Assembly (NCBI GenBank): GCA_019358915.1
Contig: JAHHIM010000055.1
Coordinates: 256,001-320,000 of the forward strand
From: Trichormus sp. ATA11-4-KO1
GTDB taxonomy: Bacteria; Cyanobacteriota; Cyanobacteriia; Cyanobacteriales; Nostocaceae
DNA length: 64,000 nt
Direction: 5' to 3'
Positions 41,423 to 52,279 of the stretch are shown piece after piece. A program made the position numbers and the translations under genes. Each line of letters opens with the position of its first letter. Positions within the stretch are counted from its first letter, which is position 1. The notes under the pieces are model-generated. The model searched no databases. It was not told the DNA's origin and saw nothing but the letters and a program-made list of their open reading frames with translations.

Positions 41423-41455
41423 TAAAAAACCCGGATACATGATCCGGGTTTTTTA
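41423..41455. terminator. Bidirectional terminator-like hairpin
   Basis: TAAAAAACCCGGAT/ATCCGGGTTTTTTA. Confidence 0.7.
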
Positions 41456-41680
41456 TTGTGAATATGAGACCCCATAAATCGCCATTGTGACCATAATTAT
41501 GCAGCAAAATTCGGATATCGGGAGTTATATTATCTCACTTTGGACTGGCACCATTGCACAAACATCCTGGTATACTCCCTCTGCTTCCCTAAATGTATTG
41601 CACCTCTGTTATGATCACTTCCCACTGCCTCCTAGAGCCTGTTAACCTCATACTGGGAGTTTAACCTTGATGGGAAATTT

Positions 41681-42556
41681 ATGCACAAAGCATCTGCCGT
41701 TGACTTGGCATCCACTGTTAATCTAGCCATAGCTGCAAAGGACATTAAATTACTGGTTTTAGATATAGATGGCACAATTTCTGGACAATCCAATACATTG
41801 AGCGAACCTGTAAAGCAAGCGATCGCATCGGTGCAAGCTCAAGGAATTCAAGTAGCGATCGCTACTGGTCGTATGTATTGTTCAGCCTTACGCTTTCATC
41901 AAGAAATTAACTCTACTCTACCGTTGATGGCCTATCAGGGAGCCTGGATTCAAGACCCAGCCAATCAGAAAATTCATCGGCATTTAGCTGTTTCCAGAGA
42001 AATTGCTCACCAGTTACTAGACTATTTTGAACAGCCGCACTTGCGATCGCTTTTATCTGTGCATTTTTATATCAATGACCAGCTTTATGTGCGGGAGTTA
42101 ACCCCAGAAACCCAAATTTATGCAGCCCGGTCTGGTATTACGCCGATTCCTGTGGGTGATTTGCGCCAAGTCTTAACGAATGAACCCACAAAAGTCTTGG
42201 CTTTGTCCGATGACACAAATGTCATCAATGAGCTATTGGGGAATTTGCGTCGCCAATACACACCGGCTGAACTTTATCTGACAACATCTGTTGCTACCTT
42301 TTTTGAAGCAACTAATGCTTTTGTGAATAAAGGAACTGCTGTGCGCTACTTAGCAGAAGAATTGCTAGGATTACAAAGAACCAATGTCATGACCATTGGT
42401 GATAATTTCAACGACTTAGAAATGCTAGAATATGCTGGCATTGGTGTAGCTATGGGTAATGCACCAGCAGGTGTGCAAGCGATCGCCCAGTGGGTAGCTC
42501 CTAGCGTAGAGGAAGATGGCGCTGCACAGGCAATCAAAAAATTTTTACTGTCGTAA
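41681..42556 (+). CDS. Cof-type HAD-IIB hydrolase
   Basis: LDIDGT, ATGR, NKG, GDNFNDLEM, AMGNA. Confidence 0.95.
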   Translation: MHKASAVDLASTVNLAIAAKDIKLLVLDIDGTISGQSNTLSEPVKQAIASVQAQGIQVAIATGRMYCSALRFHQEINSTLPLMAYQGAWIQDPANQKIHRHLAVSREIAHQLLDYFEQPHLRSLLSVHFYINDQLYVRELTPETQIYAARSGITPIPVGDLRQVLTNEPTKVLALSDDTNVINELLGNLRRQYTPAELYLTTSVATFFEATNAFVNKGTAVRYLAEELLGLQRTNVMTIGDNFNDLEMLEYAGIGVAMGNAPAGVQAIAQWVAPSVEEDGAAQAIKKFLLS

Positions 42557-42600
42557 GGGTACTTTTTGTAGGTCTACCCTATACAAATCTATATGAAATC

Positions 42601-42665
42601 AGAAAGGACACCGACGACTGGCCGTGTTTCGTCTCGGTGTCCTTGCTGGTTCGCTCCTCACACAC
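42601..42665 (-). ncRNA. yfr2: Yfr2-family small RNA
   Basis: TATATT -10 box, then GTGTGTGAGGAG 5' end and hairpin AGGACACCGA..TCGGTGTCCT with GAAACA in the loop region. Confidence 0.75.
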
Positions 42666-42899
42666 CTGCTAATATAGCCGAGGTGATTAAATGAGTCAAT
42701 AGTTACCAGAAAAGTTCTGATTTTTTCCCTCAGAGACAGTACTGAACTACGGTACGCTCATTCAGCACAAAATTGCGTAGGCATTCTTTGAGAATCATGA
42801 CAAAGCTTCATGTTAACATGCTTCCCTGAATCTTAACGGGGGCTTTACGCTTCCCGTCTCGTAAAATTTTTTTCATCCAAAATCCAAAATTGTTATGAC

Positions 42900-43850
42900 T
42901 CATAACTCCCAAGGCGCAAAAACCCCCAGTATCTCTACCAGCAAAAACCTCAACACAGATTGAGTAGCCATCACCAATCCCAGTCTGGCTTGAGCTAGTT
43001 CTGGTGAGGAAGTTTTTACATCTCCCCAAATGTGGCAAATGCGCCAGAAGGACTCAAAAGCTTGACTTAAATCTAGCCCCACTTTTTCCCAGTTTACCGA
43101 AGCACTAAAATCAAGGCTCTCTAAATGATCTACTGCTTGTACTAACTCAGAAATTAGATGACCCTCAGCTGGGTGACTAAGGCGGAGCATGTCTTCACAA
43201 TTAAGCCAAGGTATTTGTGCTGTGGAAATTACATGCCAAAAAGCTGATACAGAACTTGGGAAATTGGGCTTTTGCCATTGGGTATTTTCCCCAGGATCTG
43301 GCAGTGGTTCCCTGAGTTTAATTAATCCTTCTCGGTGAGCTAGCAGTACTAATGAGCAGCAGCGTGCATGGGCATATTGAATAGCAAACAAGCGTGCAGG
43401 ATTTTCAGGGATAATTTCTCTTTTCCTCATTGCCCCCCAACCTGGAAGCGCCCCATCTCCCCATCTCTCTATTCCCTCATTTCCCCCTATATTCCTCACA
43501 GCAAGACGTTGCAACCAGGTTGCTAAAAATGGATGAGTTAATTCTAAATAAATCCAACCAGGAGGAACTATTTTGACGTTGAAAACGTCACCATCGGTTG
43601 CCAATAAGTGAAAGGCGATACTACTGGCGATCTCCATAGGTGTTTGATTATGAGATTTCGACAGCCGTAGGGCTACACCTGAGATATACAAAACTCGGTT
43701 ATTATCTCTACCTTTATATAGAGGAATTTTATTATCTTTTATGCGTCGATATTCTTCGCTAAAAGTATAACTACTTAGTGAATGCAGTAAGTAGCTATAT
43801 ATTAACTGCTTAATTGATAGATAGTTGCTCACTAGTAGTTTTTGATGCAC
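42900..43850 (-). CDS. ArgRS-derived DALR anticodon-binding protein lacking a catalytic domain
   Basis: N-terminal ..PPGWIYL, QYAHARCCS, ARLGLV..TQ.VL..LG..AP.EL; no HIGH/KMSK. Confidence 0.85.
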   Translation of the reverse strand: MHQKLLVSNYLSIKQLIYSYLLHSLSSYTFSEEYRRIKDNKIPLYKGRDNNRVLYISGVALRLSKSHNQTPMEIASSIAFHLLATDGDVFNVKIVPPGWIYLELTHPFLATWLQRLAVRNIGGNEGIERWGDGALPGWGAMRKREIIPENPARLFAIQYAHARCCSLVLLAHREGLIKLREPLPDPGENTQWQKPNFPSSVSAFWHVISTAQIPWLNCEDMLRLSHPAEGHLISELVQAVDHLESLDFSASVNWEKVGLDLSQAFESFWRICHIWGDVKTSSPELAQARLGLVMATQSVLRFLLVEILGVFAPWEL

Positions 43851-43980
43851 ATAGTTCTGAGCAAAAAACTATTTCTTACTAATTCAGATATTTTCGTCAT
43901 CCATCCTCAGATATAGACCTAATTTAGATGAAGAAAAATGAGAGTAGCATAAAATTTGATGAATATTCGATGAATAGTAA

Positions 43981-43994
43981 GTAAACTTTACTAC
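43981..43994. promoter_or_regulatory. NtcA/DevH-type site GTA-N8-TAC upstream of devH
   Basis: GTA-AACTTTAC-TAC in the divergent intergenic region. Confidence 0.45.
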
Positions 43995-44160
43995 CATCAT
44001 TGTACAGTAGGAAGTATAACAAAAGAGTAGAGTGCAAATTGCCTTCTACTCTTTGGATGGCTGGCGCTGTTAGGCGTTAAGCCTACCCCGCCAACACAAA
44101 GACACTCCTTGCACCTTATTTATGACGTCTTTGTCTTCAGCCGAACGCTCTTTGTTACCT

Positions 44161-44880
44161 ATGCAATCTCCATCCTCCTTTTCTGAGGCATCACGGCCTT
44201 TTCTGACTTGGCAACGGATTCTTGACTGGGCTCAAGAACACTACCGATGCCGCACCTTTAGCAAAGATGAACGCATTCCAGCCCGGCCTGGATTGCTGTA
44301 TTTGGTGCAAAGGGGCGCAATCCGCATGGTAGGAACCGCTCAGGTTAGTGCCACTGCCAGTCAGCTAACGTCTCGACGAATCAACAGAACTCCAGAAGAA
44401 GCTTTCTTGGGTTTTGTCGGAGCGGGACAGCCGTTTGAAATTGTTGCTCAGTCACCATTCACGCTCCAAGCATACGCCCACGTTGACCAGACTGCGGTGC
44501 TGTGGATGTACTGGCACGACTTAGACAACTGGCCTCACTTCCGGCGCGAAGTGATGGATGCCTTTAGGTATCAGCACCAGCGTAAACTGCTGTGGCTGAG
44601 TGCCTTGGGACAACGGCGGACAATCGACCGACTCTTAGGATTTCTCACATTGTTAATTGAGGAATATGGAGAGCCAGCGATGAGCGAAACCGATCCCGAT
44701 GTCATTCGTGGCTATTGTCTGCCCTTTCCTCTTACTCATGCTCAAATTGGTAGCGCGATTGGTTCGACTCGTGTCACCGTCACTCGCTTGATGGGTAAGT
44801 TGCGTCAACGCGGCTTAATCCTGACTCAGGGTGACAATCTCATTTGCTTACCAGCAGAGTCAATTAATAGAGTCAGCTAA
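44161..44880 (+). CDS. devH: Heterocyst maturation regulator DevH (Crp/NtcA family)
   Basis: MQSPSSFSEASRPFLTWQRILDW, HTH LTHAQIGSAIGSTRVTVTR; neighbourhood of argS-like gene and LysR gene as recalled for Anabaena; alternative start at 44122. Confidence 0.88.
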   Translation: MQSPSSFSEASRPFLTWQRILDWAQEHYRCRTFSKDERIPARPGLLYLVQRGAIRMVGTAQVSATASQLTSRRINRTPEEAFLGFVGAGQPFEIVAQSPFTLQAYAHVDQTAVLWMYWHDLDNWPHFRREVMDAFRYQHQRKLLWLSALGQRRTIDRLLGFLTLLIEEYGEPAMSETDPDVIRGYCLPFPLTHAQIGSAIGSTRVTVTRLMGKLRQRGLILTQGDNLICLPAESINRVS

Positions 44881-45275
44881 AGCGCATTCAGATTTTTCAC
44901 GAGAAGCCGCAGTAAGTTAGCGTCAGCAACACCTGCTTGCTGCTAGGCTTGACCAGTCTGTTTGACCACCACAAACAGACTGCACGTAATCAGTTAATGT
45001 GCTGATGGAAGAATCTCAATGTTCAATTTGTTTCGTTTACCAAGAGCATTTAGAAGGGAGAATAAATAGTTCTTGGTAGGAAGCAGTTTATTGCCCTTGC
45101 GTCCGCCCCAACGGCAAGGGCTAATAAAATTTTGAGGCTCTGCGCTTTGGGGCAAAAGCGTATTTTTTAGATGTCACCGAGACTGTCATCTCATTTTTAT
45201 AAGACTTGGGTGGTTGTGGAAGTAAAGCCCACAAGGGAGACCACCCAAAATGTCTTGAAAAAATTAATTTCGTTA

Positions 45276-46655
45276 TTAAAATAGCAAAGATAATAATTTA
45301 TAAATAAGGCGAAATATTGCTGTAACTGAAATAGCTACTAAGCCTGCGGCAACTGCCAAAAGCACTACTTGCTGAATTAACACTCCGCCCCGTAAAAATG
45401 GGACAAAAAAAATAATCGCTAAGGTGATTCCCGGAATCATTAATAAATCAAACTTTTCAATCCACCGCCTGGTTTGAGCAAAAATCAGTATTCCTAAAAT
45501 CAGGGCAGAAGCTGCAAAGGTAATTATTGGGGATGGTAATATACTCAAAAGGGTGATCGCAATTAATGCCCCTTCAAAACCACTAAAGGCCGCCCCACCC
45601 AACAATTCCCAAGTCGAAAAAGCTGGTTGAGAGTTTATTGGCTGCGGCTTTGGTGGGGCTGGTGGTTGTTGTTGAGGTTTTGGTAAAATTTTTGAGGGTG
45701 TTAATGGCTGAGCCAAGGCATCTAGAACCTCATCAGCTGACTGAAAGCGTTGATTAGCAGCAGGTAGGAGCATTTTGTCTAAAATCTCAGCTAAGCGAGA
45801 ATTGACAGTGACTTGCGATCGCCATTGCCACTGGTTTCGATAGGCATCAAATAGTTGAGTTGCTTCTTGTCCTGTGAGCAAATTAAGTATAGTGACAGCT
45901 AAAGCGTATAAATCTGTAGATGGAAAGACTTGATTCCCCGCCATTTGCTCAGGTGGGGCAAATCCCATAGAGTAAATTCCGGTAGAAGCACCCACACCGC
46001 CTGATGGCGCATTTGTTACCTGCTTAACTGCACCAAAATCTAGCAGAAAGAGTTTGCCATCACGACGACGCATGATATTAGAAGGTTTGATATCCCTGTG
46101 AATAATACTTCTATCATGGACAAACTGTAATACCTTAAGGATTTCTTGCAGTACCTCCAAAACTTGTTGTTCAGAGAATTTCCCTATTTGAATTAATTCT
46201 TCTTCTAGGTTTTGCCCATCAATGTATTCTTGTACTAAGTAAAAAAACTGGTCTTCTTGTCCTGGCTGCAAACTATGTACTGTCACTGGAAAAAACGCAA
46301 ACAAATCAGGTATCTGCTCGTGTTCGTTGCCTATTTGTGCTAAAACTTCTGCTTCTCTTTCAAACAGCTGTTGTGCTAGTTGCAGTTGAGTTGGGGTTAA
46401 ATTTCCCGCAGGTTGAAACTGCTTAACTACGCATTGACGCATTCCTGGAATCCGGCGATCGCCTGCGAGAAAGGCTGCTCCAAAACCCCCTTTTCCTAGT
46501 AACTTGATTGGTACATACCGACCATCTAGTATTAATGGCATACCACAGGTAGTGCAGTATTTTTGCTGTGTTGTTTTCAGCGTTGTCATGTTATCTAAGT
46601 CCACAAAATAGTTTTGTGGACGTGGACAGCTGGGACGAGTGCAGTAAACTTCCAT
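45276..46655 (-). CDS. Ser/Thr protein kinase with N-terminal Cys-rich prefix and C-terminal TM helices
   Basis: YCTRPSC..YCTTCG, GKGGFG, HRDIKPSN, DFG, Pro-rich linker. Confidence 0.95.
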   Translation of the reverse strand: MEVYCTRPSCPRPQNYFVDLDNMTTLKTTQQKYCTTCGMPLILDGRYVPIKLLGKGGFGAAFLAGDRRIPGMRQCVVKQFQPAGNLTPTQLQLAQQLFEREAEVLAQIGNEHEQIPDLFAFFPVTVHSLQPGQEDQFFYLVQEYIDGQNLEEELIQIGKFSEQQVLEVLQEILKVLQFVHDRSIIHRDIKPSNIMRRRDGKLFLLDFGAVKQVTNAPSGGVGASTGIYSMGFAPPEQMAGNQVFPSTDLYALAVTILNLLTGQEATQLFDAYRNQWQWRSQVTVNSRLAEILDKMLLPAANQRFQSADEVLDALAQPLTPSKILPKPQQQPPAPPKPQPINSQPAFSTWELLGGAAFSGFEGALIAITLLSILPSPIITFAASALILGILIFAQTRRWIEKFDLLMIPGITLAIIFFVPFLRGGVLIQQVVLLAVAAGLVAISVTAIFRLIYKLLSLLF

Positions 46656-46868
46656 TTTAGTTTTTAGTCATTAGTCGGCGTAATTCGTAATTGTTCTGCC
46701 ATCAATAAATCAATTTACTCGAAATCCTGAATAAATAAATTATGTTTTTCCTCCCACTAAATTAAGGAACTTGCATCCTTAACCTATTAATTACGAATTA
46801 CGAACTACGAACTAACAATTATTTAGTCATTGGTCATTTGCAAACGACAAAAGACTAATGACTAGATA

Positions 46869-47891
46869 TTAGCCTGCGTCAGAGGAGTTGGGTGTCGCCG
46901 CATCCAGTGTATTTACTACTATCTTTTTTTGTGATAATTTTAACATATCCTGATTCCATCCTGGGGTAGCAAACTGAGGCAAAATTTCCTGACTAAAGGC
47001 TTCTGCCGCCTTGGATCTATAGCGATTAGGATTAAAAATCAGCCATAGTGTCCGCTTGACGACGACACCTTCAATGGGGGTGCATTGTAGTACGCCCATT
47101 TGTAATTCCTTAGCGATCGCGGAAGTGGAGACAAAAGCAGCTCCTAAGCCTGATTGCACGGCATTTTTAATGGCTTCGATGGAATTCAGTTCCATTTCAA
47201 ATTTAAACCGCCTAGTATCAATATCACAGCGTGCTAGTACCTGGTCAATTACCTTGCGGATAGTTGATTGGGAGTCAAGAGCAATGAATTGTAGCTTATA
47301 TAGGTCTTCTTTTTGAATTGTGTCGAGTTTAGCAAAGGGATGGAATATCGGGAGAATTAGTGCTAGTTCATCTTCAGCGTAAGGAATAATTTCTAATGAC
47401 TCCGCCAATTCAGTAGGAATTTCGCCACCGATGATAGCTAGATCAACCTGTCCATTAGCTACACTCCAAGCAGTCCGCCGGGTAGAGTGAACATGTAATT
47501 GCACTGCTACATCCGGATATTTTTGCCGGAACATACCGATCATTTTGGGTAATAGGTAAGTGCCAGTGGTTTGAGAAGCACCGACAATTAAAGTACCACC
47601 TTGGAGATTTTGTAAATCCTCAATGGCGCGGCAGGTTTCTTGACACAGACTGAGGATTTTTTCACCGTAGCTAAGAAGTAGATGTCCGGCTTCGGTTAAT
47701 TGTGCGCGACGTCCTCCACGGTCAAATAAAGGCACATCCAGCTGCCGTTCGAGATTTTGGACTTGTAAGCTCACGGCAGGTTGGGAGACGTAAAGACTAT
47801 CAGCGGCACGCTTGAAGCTCCCTTCTGTGGCGATCGCTTTCAGAATACGTAACTGATCTAAAGTGAAAGGAAGGTCAGACATAAGGCTCAA
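46869..47891 (-). CDS. pacR: LysR regulator RbcR/PacR (Ycf30-like)
   Basis: [43 protein letters not shown]; divergent from the trxC-ndhF1 block. Confidence 0.85.
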   Translation of the reverse strand: MSLMSDLPFTLDQLRILKAIATEGSFKRAADSLYVSQPAVSLQVQNLERQLDVPLFDRGGRRAQLTEAGHLLLSYGEKILSLCQETCRAIEDLQNLQGGTLIVGASQTTGTYLLPKMIGMFRQKYPDVAVQLHVHSTRRTAWSVANGQVDLAIIGGEIPTELAESLEIIPYAEDELALILPIFHPFAKLDTIQKEDLYKLQFIALDSQSTIRKVIDQVLARCDIDTRRFKFEMELNSIEAIKNAVQSGLGAAFVSTSAIAKELQMGVLQCTPIEGVVVKRTLWLIFNPNRYRSKAAEAFSQEILPQFATPGWNQDMLKLSQKKIVVNTLDAATPNSSDAG

Positions 47892-48088
47892 CCCACAAAC
47901 TTTGAAAGGAGCAGCTTGGGCAACAACTCAGGCTTTACAGCTTTCCAGCTAGGCCTGTTTTGTTGCATCTTAAACTTGGAGGCTTGACTCGAAAAAGACA
48001 GTACCACAACATCTTGACTAAAGTCCCCTTTTGAATACTTTGTGGTATTGGTTGTACTAAACTAAATTTTTGTTAAATTACTTCACCT

Positions 48089-48811
48089 ATGTATCCGCTA
48101 CTGAATCCTTGGGTTACTCCCAGTCATTTTGTCATGTTGGGGTTACAATTAGTTTTCGCGATCGCCCACAGTGGTGGCGCCGCCCTACGTCCTTGGGCAG
48201 AAAAGCACATAGGACCGAGGCTTTATCGCATTTTTTTTGCATTAGTCAGTTTACCGTTGGCTGTAATATTAATAATTTACTTTTTTAACCATCGCTATGA
48301 CGGCTGGCAACTTTGGCAGGTACAAGGGGTGCCGGGAGTGAGGGCAGTCGTTTGGGTGTTATCAGCGATTTCGTTTTTGTTTTTGTATCCTGCCACCTTC
48401 AATCTACTAGAAATTGCCGCTATTCAAAAGCCCCAAGTCTACCTCTACGAAACGGGAATCATTCGTATTACCCGCCATCCTCAGATGGTGGGGCAAGTAA
48501 TTTGGTGTATTGCCCATACTCTCTGGCTAGGAACCAGCTTTACCTTGATTACTTCCATTGGTTTGATATTGCACCACTTGTTTGGAGTTTGGCATGGCGA
48601 TCGCCGACTGAGCGGTCGCTATGGAGAGTCCTTTGAAATTATCAAACAACGGACTTCAGTTATGCCTTTCCAAGCAATTATTGATGGTCGTCAATCTATC
48701 AAATGGCAGGAATTTGTCCGTCCTGCCTATTTAGGAGTAGCAATTTTTATAGCTTTGCTTTGGTGGGCACATCCCCTGTTACTTGTAGCAACTAGTAGGA
48801 TAAGATGGTAA
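48089..48811 (+). CDS. NnrU family protein (probable zeta-carotene isomerase Z-ISO)
   Basis: FAIAHSGGA, TGIIRITRHPQM, HHLFGVWHGDRRL. Confidence 0.88.
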   Translation: MYPLLNPWVTPSHFVMLGLQLVFAIAHSGGAALRPWAEKHIGPRLYRIFFALVSLPLAVILIIYFFNHRYDGWQLWQVQGVPGVRAVVWVLSAISFLFLYPATFNLLEIAAIQKPQVYLYETGIIRITRHPQMVGQVIWCIAHTLWLGTSFTLITSIGLILHHLFGVWHGDRRLSGRYGESFEIIKQRTSVMPFQAIIDGRQSIKWQEFVRPAYLGVAIFIALLWWAHPLLLVATSRIRW

Positions 48812-49209
48812 TTTTAGATGATCCCCACTATCAAAAGAAAATACAAATTAATGAAAATTTCTGCTTATCAACTGCTACCAAATCAATGTAGGATAAATTC
48901 AAACAGCTGTCGGTGGGGGTGCGTTCAGTCAGTTTGATATTTTATAGTAGTATGTCACTGGTCAAATAACTGCCCTTGGGAATCGATGGCACGGCAGTCT
49001 GATCCCCTATCCCACAGCTACTCAGGAGTTGAAAAGCCAAAACAGCCACCGTGTAAGTCGCGCTGGCTTTTTTGTCAGATTTACATTCAACGCTGAAGTA
49101 GTTGCATGATCATCTTTATCCTGAGAGCATATGTAGGAACTGACTAGCTTGCCAATTCCTGCTGCTGATAGCTAGTTTAATATCAAAACCCTATAATTTT
49201 AGAGGCGTC

Positions 49210-49596
49210 ATGGTGTTGTCGGTTAGTGAGCGGACATTTACTCAAGAAGTTTTAGAATCTCCAATTCCTGTTTTAGTTAATTTTGAAGCACCTTGGTGCG
49301 GCTTGTGTCGCATCATTCATCCTCTGTTGTTGCAATTTAGTACTCAATGTGGTGAGCACATTAAATTAGTCGGGGTTAATGCTGATGATAATTTTAAACT
49401 GGCTAATACTTATCGATTAAAATCACTGCCAACTTTATTGTTGGTGGAAAACGGCATTATCCGGTATCGCCTAGAAGGGTTTCGTGGTAGAGAAGATTTA
49501 CGTCTGGCTTTAGAAGAAATTAAACTTACTTACAGCAATCGTTCTAAAACATACAGTAATTCCCTGACAGCAGACTGGGAATGCCGCTCAGCTTGA
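49210..49596 (+). CDS. trxC: Atypical thioredoxin TrxC
   Basis: WCGLC active site in a thioredoxin fold. Confidence 0.88.
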   Translation: MVLSVSERTFTQEVLESPIPVLVNFEAPWCGLCRIIHPLLLQFSTQCGEHIKLVGVNADDNFKLANTYRLKSLPTLLLVENGIIRYRLEGFRGREDLRLALEEIKLTYSNRSKTYSNSLTADWECRSA

Positions 49597-49679
49597 TGAG
49601 ATTACTGAGTAATAATTAGACCGAGAAATTAGGATTTAACAACTAGGTTATCATCCACAAATATAAAACCATGCTTAAT

Positions 49680-49713
49680 TACCCCACCCAAAGCTCATTG
49701 GGTGGGGTATTTT
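49680..49713 (+). terminator. Terminator after trxC
   Basis: TACCCCACCCA/TGGGTGGGGTA followed by T4. Confidence 0.7.
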
Positions 49714-49785
49714 ATCCTCAAGGGTGTGTGTCACAATTATTAACAGTTCCGCCAAGTTAGTCAAGAATACTAAAAGTAAGCGTCA

Positions 49786-51876
49786 GTGATGGAAGTAATC
49801 TATGAATATGCCTGGCTAATTCCGGTATTGCCTCTTTTTGGGGCAATGCTGGTCGGTCTAGGGTTAATTTCTTTAAATCAGGTGACAAACCGCCTGCGGC
49901 AACTTAACGCTGTGGTGATTATCTCCCTGATGGGAGCAGCGATGGGGTTGTCGTTGGCCTTGCTGTGGAGTCAAATTCAAGGACACGCGCCTTATATCCG
50001 CACTCTGGAATGGGCAGCAGCAGGCAATTTTCACCTGAGTATGGGCTACACTATCGACCACTTGACAGCTCTGATGCTGGTGATTGTCACCACGGTAGCC
50101 TTATTAGTCATGGTCTACACCGATGGCTATATGGCTCATGACCCAGGATATGTGAGATTCTACGCCTATCTCAGCTTGTTTGGTTCCTCTATGTTGGGTC
50201 TAGTAGTTAGCCCCAACTTGGTGCAGATTTATATTTTCTGGGAACTGGTGGGGATGTGCTCCTACTTGCTGGTTGGCTTCTGGTACGATCGCAAAGCAGC
50301 AGCAGATGCTTGTCAAAAGGCATTTGTGACTAACCGCGTGGGTGACTTTGGTTTACTACTCGGCATCCTAGGGCTATTCTGGGCGACAGGCAGTTTTGAT
50401 TTTGGTGTCATGGGCGATCGCCTCTCCCAACTGGTAGAAACAGGTTCTGTGAGCAATTTTCTCGCTATTCTCTTGGCGATTTTAGTGTTCTTAGGTCCAG
50501 TGGCGAAATCTGCCCAATTTCCTCTACATGTCTGGCTACCAGATGCAATGGAAGGCCCTACCCCCATTTCTGCCCTGATTCACGCGGCCACAATGGTGGC
50601 AGCCGGGGTGTTCCTGATTGCCAGGATGTACCCAGTCTTTGAACATGTGCCAGTTGCCATGAACGTCATTGCCTTTACTGGGGCATTTACGGCTTTTTTG
50701 GGGGCTAGCATTGCCATTACCCAAAATGACATCAAAAAGGGTCTAGCTTACTCCACCATCTCCCAATTGGGTTACATGGTGATGGCAATGGGACTAGGCT
50801 CATACAGTGCTGGATTGTTTCACCTGATGACTCACGCTTATTTCAAGGCGATGCTGTTCTTAGGTTCTGGTTCTGTGATTCATGGTATGGAAGGCGTTGT
50901 TGGTCATGACCCAGCTTTAGCGCAGGATATGCGGTTGATGGGGGGATTGCGAAAGTATATGCCAATTACTGGGATTACCTTTTTGATTGGTTGCTTAGCA
51001 ATTTCTGGTGTTCCACCTTTTGCTGGTTTTTGGTCAAAAGATGAAATTCTCGGCAATGCTTTTGCAGCTAACCCACTGTTGTGGTTAATTGGCTGGCTCA
51101 CTGCCGGCATCACTGCTTTCTATATGTTCAGAATGTACTTCATGACATTTGAAGGCAAATTCCGGGGTACTGACGAGAAAATCAAAGAAAAACTTAAACA
51201 AGCAGCCACTATTGTCCTAGAAATAGAGTCAGAAGAACCAGCCCCGGTTTTTGGACCTGGAGCAATGAAACATGGTGAATTAGCCGCACACGATACCCAT
51301 GACTCCCACGGACATCACAGCGATACTCCCCACGAATCACCGTGGACGATGACTTTGCCATTAGCACTTTTGGCTGTACCTTCGATTTTGATTGGTTTGG
51401 TAGGGACGCCCTACGCGAACTACTTTGAGGAGTTTATTTTTCCGCCTAGTGAAGCCCTCACCGAAGTTCTGGAAAAAGCTGCTGAGTTCAACCCGACGGA
51501 ATTTTACGTCATGGCGGGGGCTTCCGTGGGTATTTCCTTGATTGGCATTACCTTGGCTTCGCTGATGTATTTGCGGGGTAAAATTGACCCGGCGGCGATC
51601 GCGGCTAAAATCAAACCACTTTACGAGCTATCTTTCAACAAGTGGTACTTTGATGACATTTACCATCGCGTCTTTGTCCTTGGCTTACGTCGGATAGCTA
51701 GACAAGTGATGGAAGTTGACTTCCGCGTTGTTGATGGTGCTGTTAACCTCACAGGCTTTTTTACTCTCGTTAGTGGTGAAGGTCTGAAATACCTAGAAAA
51801 CGGTCGCGCTCAATTCTACGCCTTAATTGTGTTTGGGGCAGTTTTGGGCTTAGTAATTTTATTTGGTGTCACCTAA
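49786..51876 (+). CDS. ndhF1: NDH-1 subunit 5 (NdhF1)
   Basis: AKSAQFPLHVWLPDAMEGPTPISALIHAATMV, His-rich loop HESP. Confidence 0.96.
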   Translation: MMEVIYEYAWLIPVLPLFGAMLVGLGLISLNQVTNRLRQLNAVVIISLMGAAMGLSLALLWSQIQGHAPYIRTLEWAAAGNFHLSMGYTIDHLTALMLVIVTTVALLVMVYTDGYMAHDPGYVRFYAYLSLFGSSMLGLVVSPNLVQIYIFWELVGMCSYLLVGFWYDRKAAADACQKAFVTNRVGDFGLLLGILGLFWATGSFDFGVMGDRLSQLVETGSVSNFLAILLAILVFLGPVAKSAQFPLHVWLPDAMEGPTPISALIHAATMVAAGVFLIARMYPVFEHVPVAMNVIAFTGAFTAFLGASIAITQNDIKKGLAYSTISQLGYMVMAMGLGSYSAGLFHLMTHAYFKAMLFLGSGSVIHGMEGVVGHDPALAQDMRLMGGLRKYMPITGITFLIGCLAISGVPPFAGFWSKDEILGNAFAANPLLWLIGWLTAGITAFYMFRMYFMTFEGKFRGTDEKIKEKLKQAATIVLEIESEEPAPVFGPGAMKHGELAAHDTHDSHGHHSDTPHESPWTMTLPLALLAVPSILIGLVGTPYANYFEEFIFPPSEALTEVLEKAAEFNPTEFYVMAGASVGISLIGITLASLMYLRGKIDPAAIAAKIKPLYELSFNKWYFDDIYHRVFVLGLRRIARQVMEVDFRVVDGAVNLTGFFTLVSGEGLKYLENGRAQFYALIVFGAVLGLVILFGVT

Positions 51877-52279
51877 CTTCAGTGCTGAGTGCGCTGGCCC
51901 TGAGCGAAGTCGAAGGGGAGTGCTGAATTAAAAGAGTATTCAAAGTCAAGCACTGAGCAATGTTCTGCGGATGAAGGCAGGGTGTACCGTTACCCTCTTT
52001 CATCTTTCTTTGTTTTTATTAAATCAACCTAACAAGGCAGACTAAACAACCAAAAAGCTGTTAGTTAATAAATAGCCGTCATGAACTGTGTGTACACCAA
52101 TAATCAATGAAAAAGGATCTGGAGCTAAGTACCAAAGACTAGTATTTTTGACTCAGCACTCAGCACTCAGCAAGAAGTTGCCAGGAGGGTTTCCCTCCAA
52201 GCAAACTGTCGGTGAGTCAGCACTTTTTCATAGCTAGTGACTATTTGCCCAACATGATTCTGATTGCAGACAAATTGCG

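Noticed and set aside
42652..42663. Yfr1 on the plus strand (GCTCCTCACAC)
   Set aside because: First base deviates, no terminator hairpin follows, and the -10 box supports the minus-strand Yfr2 reading
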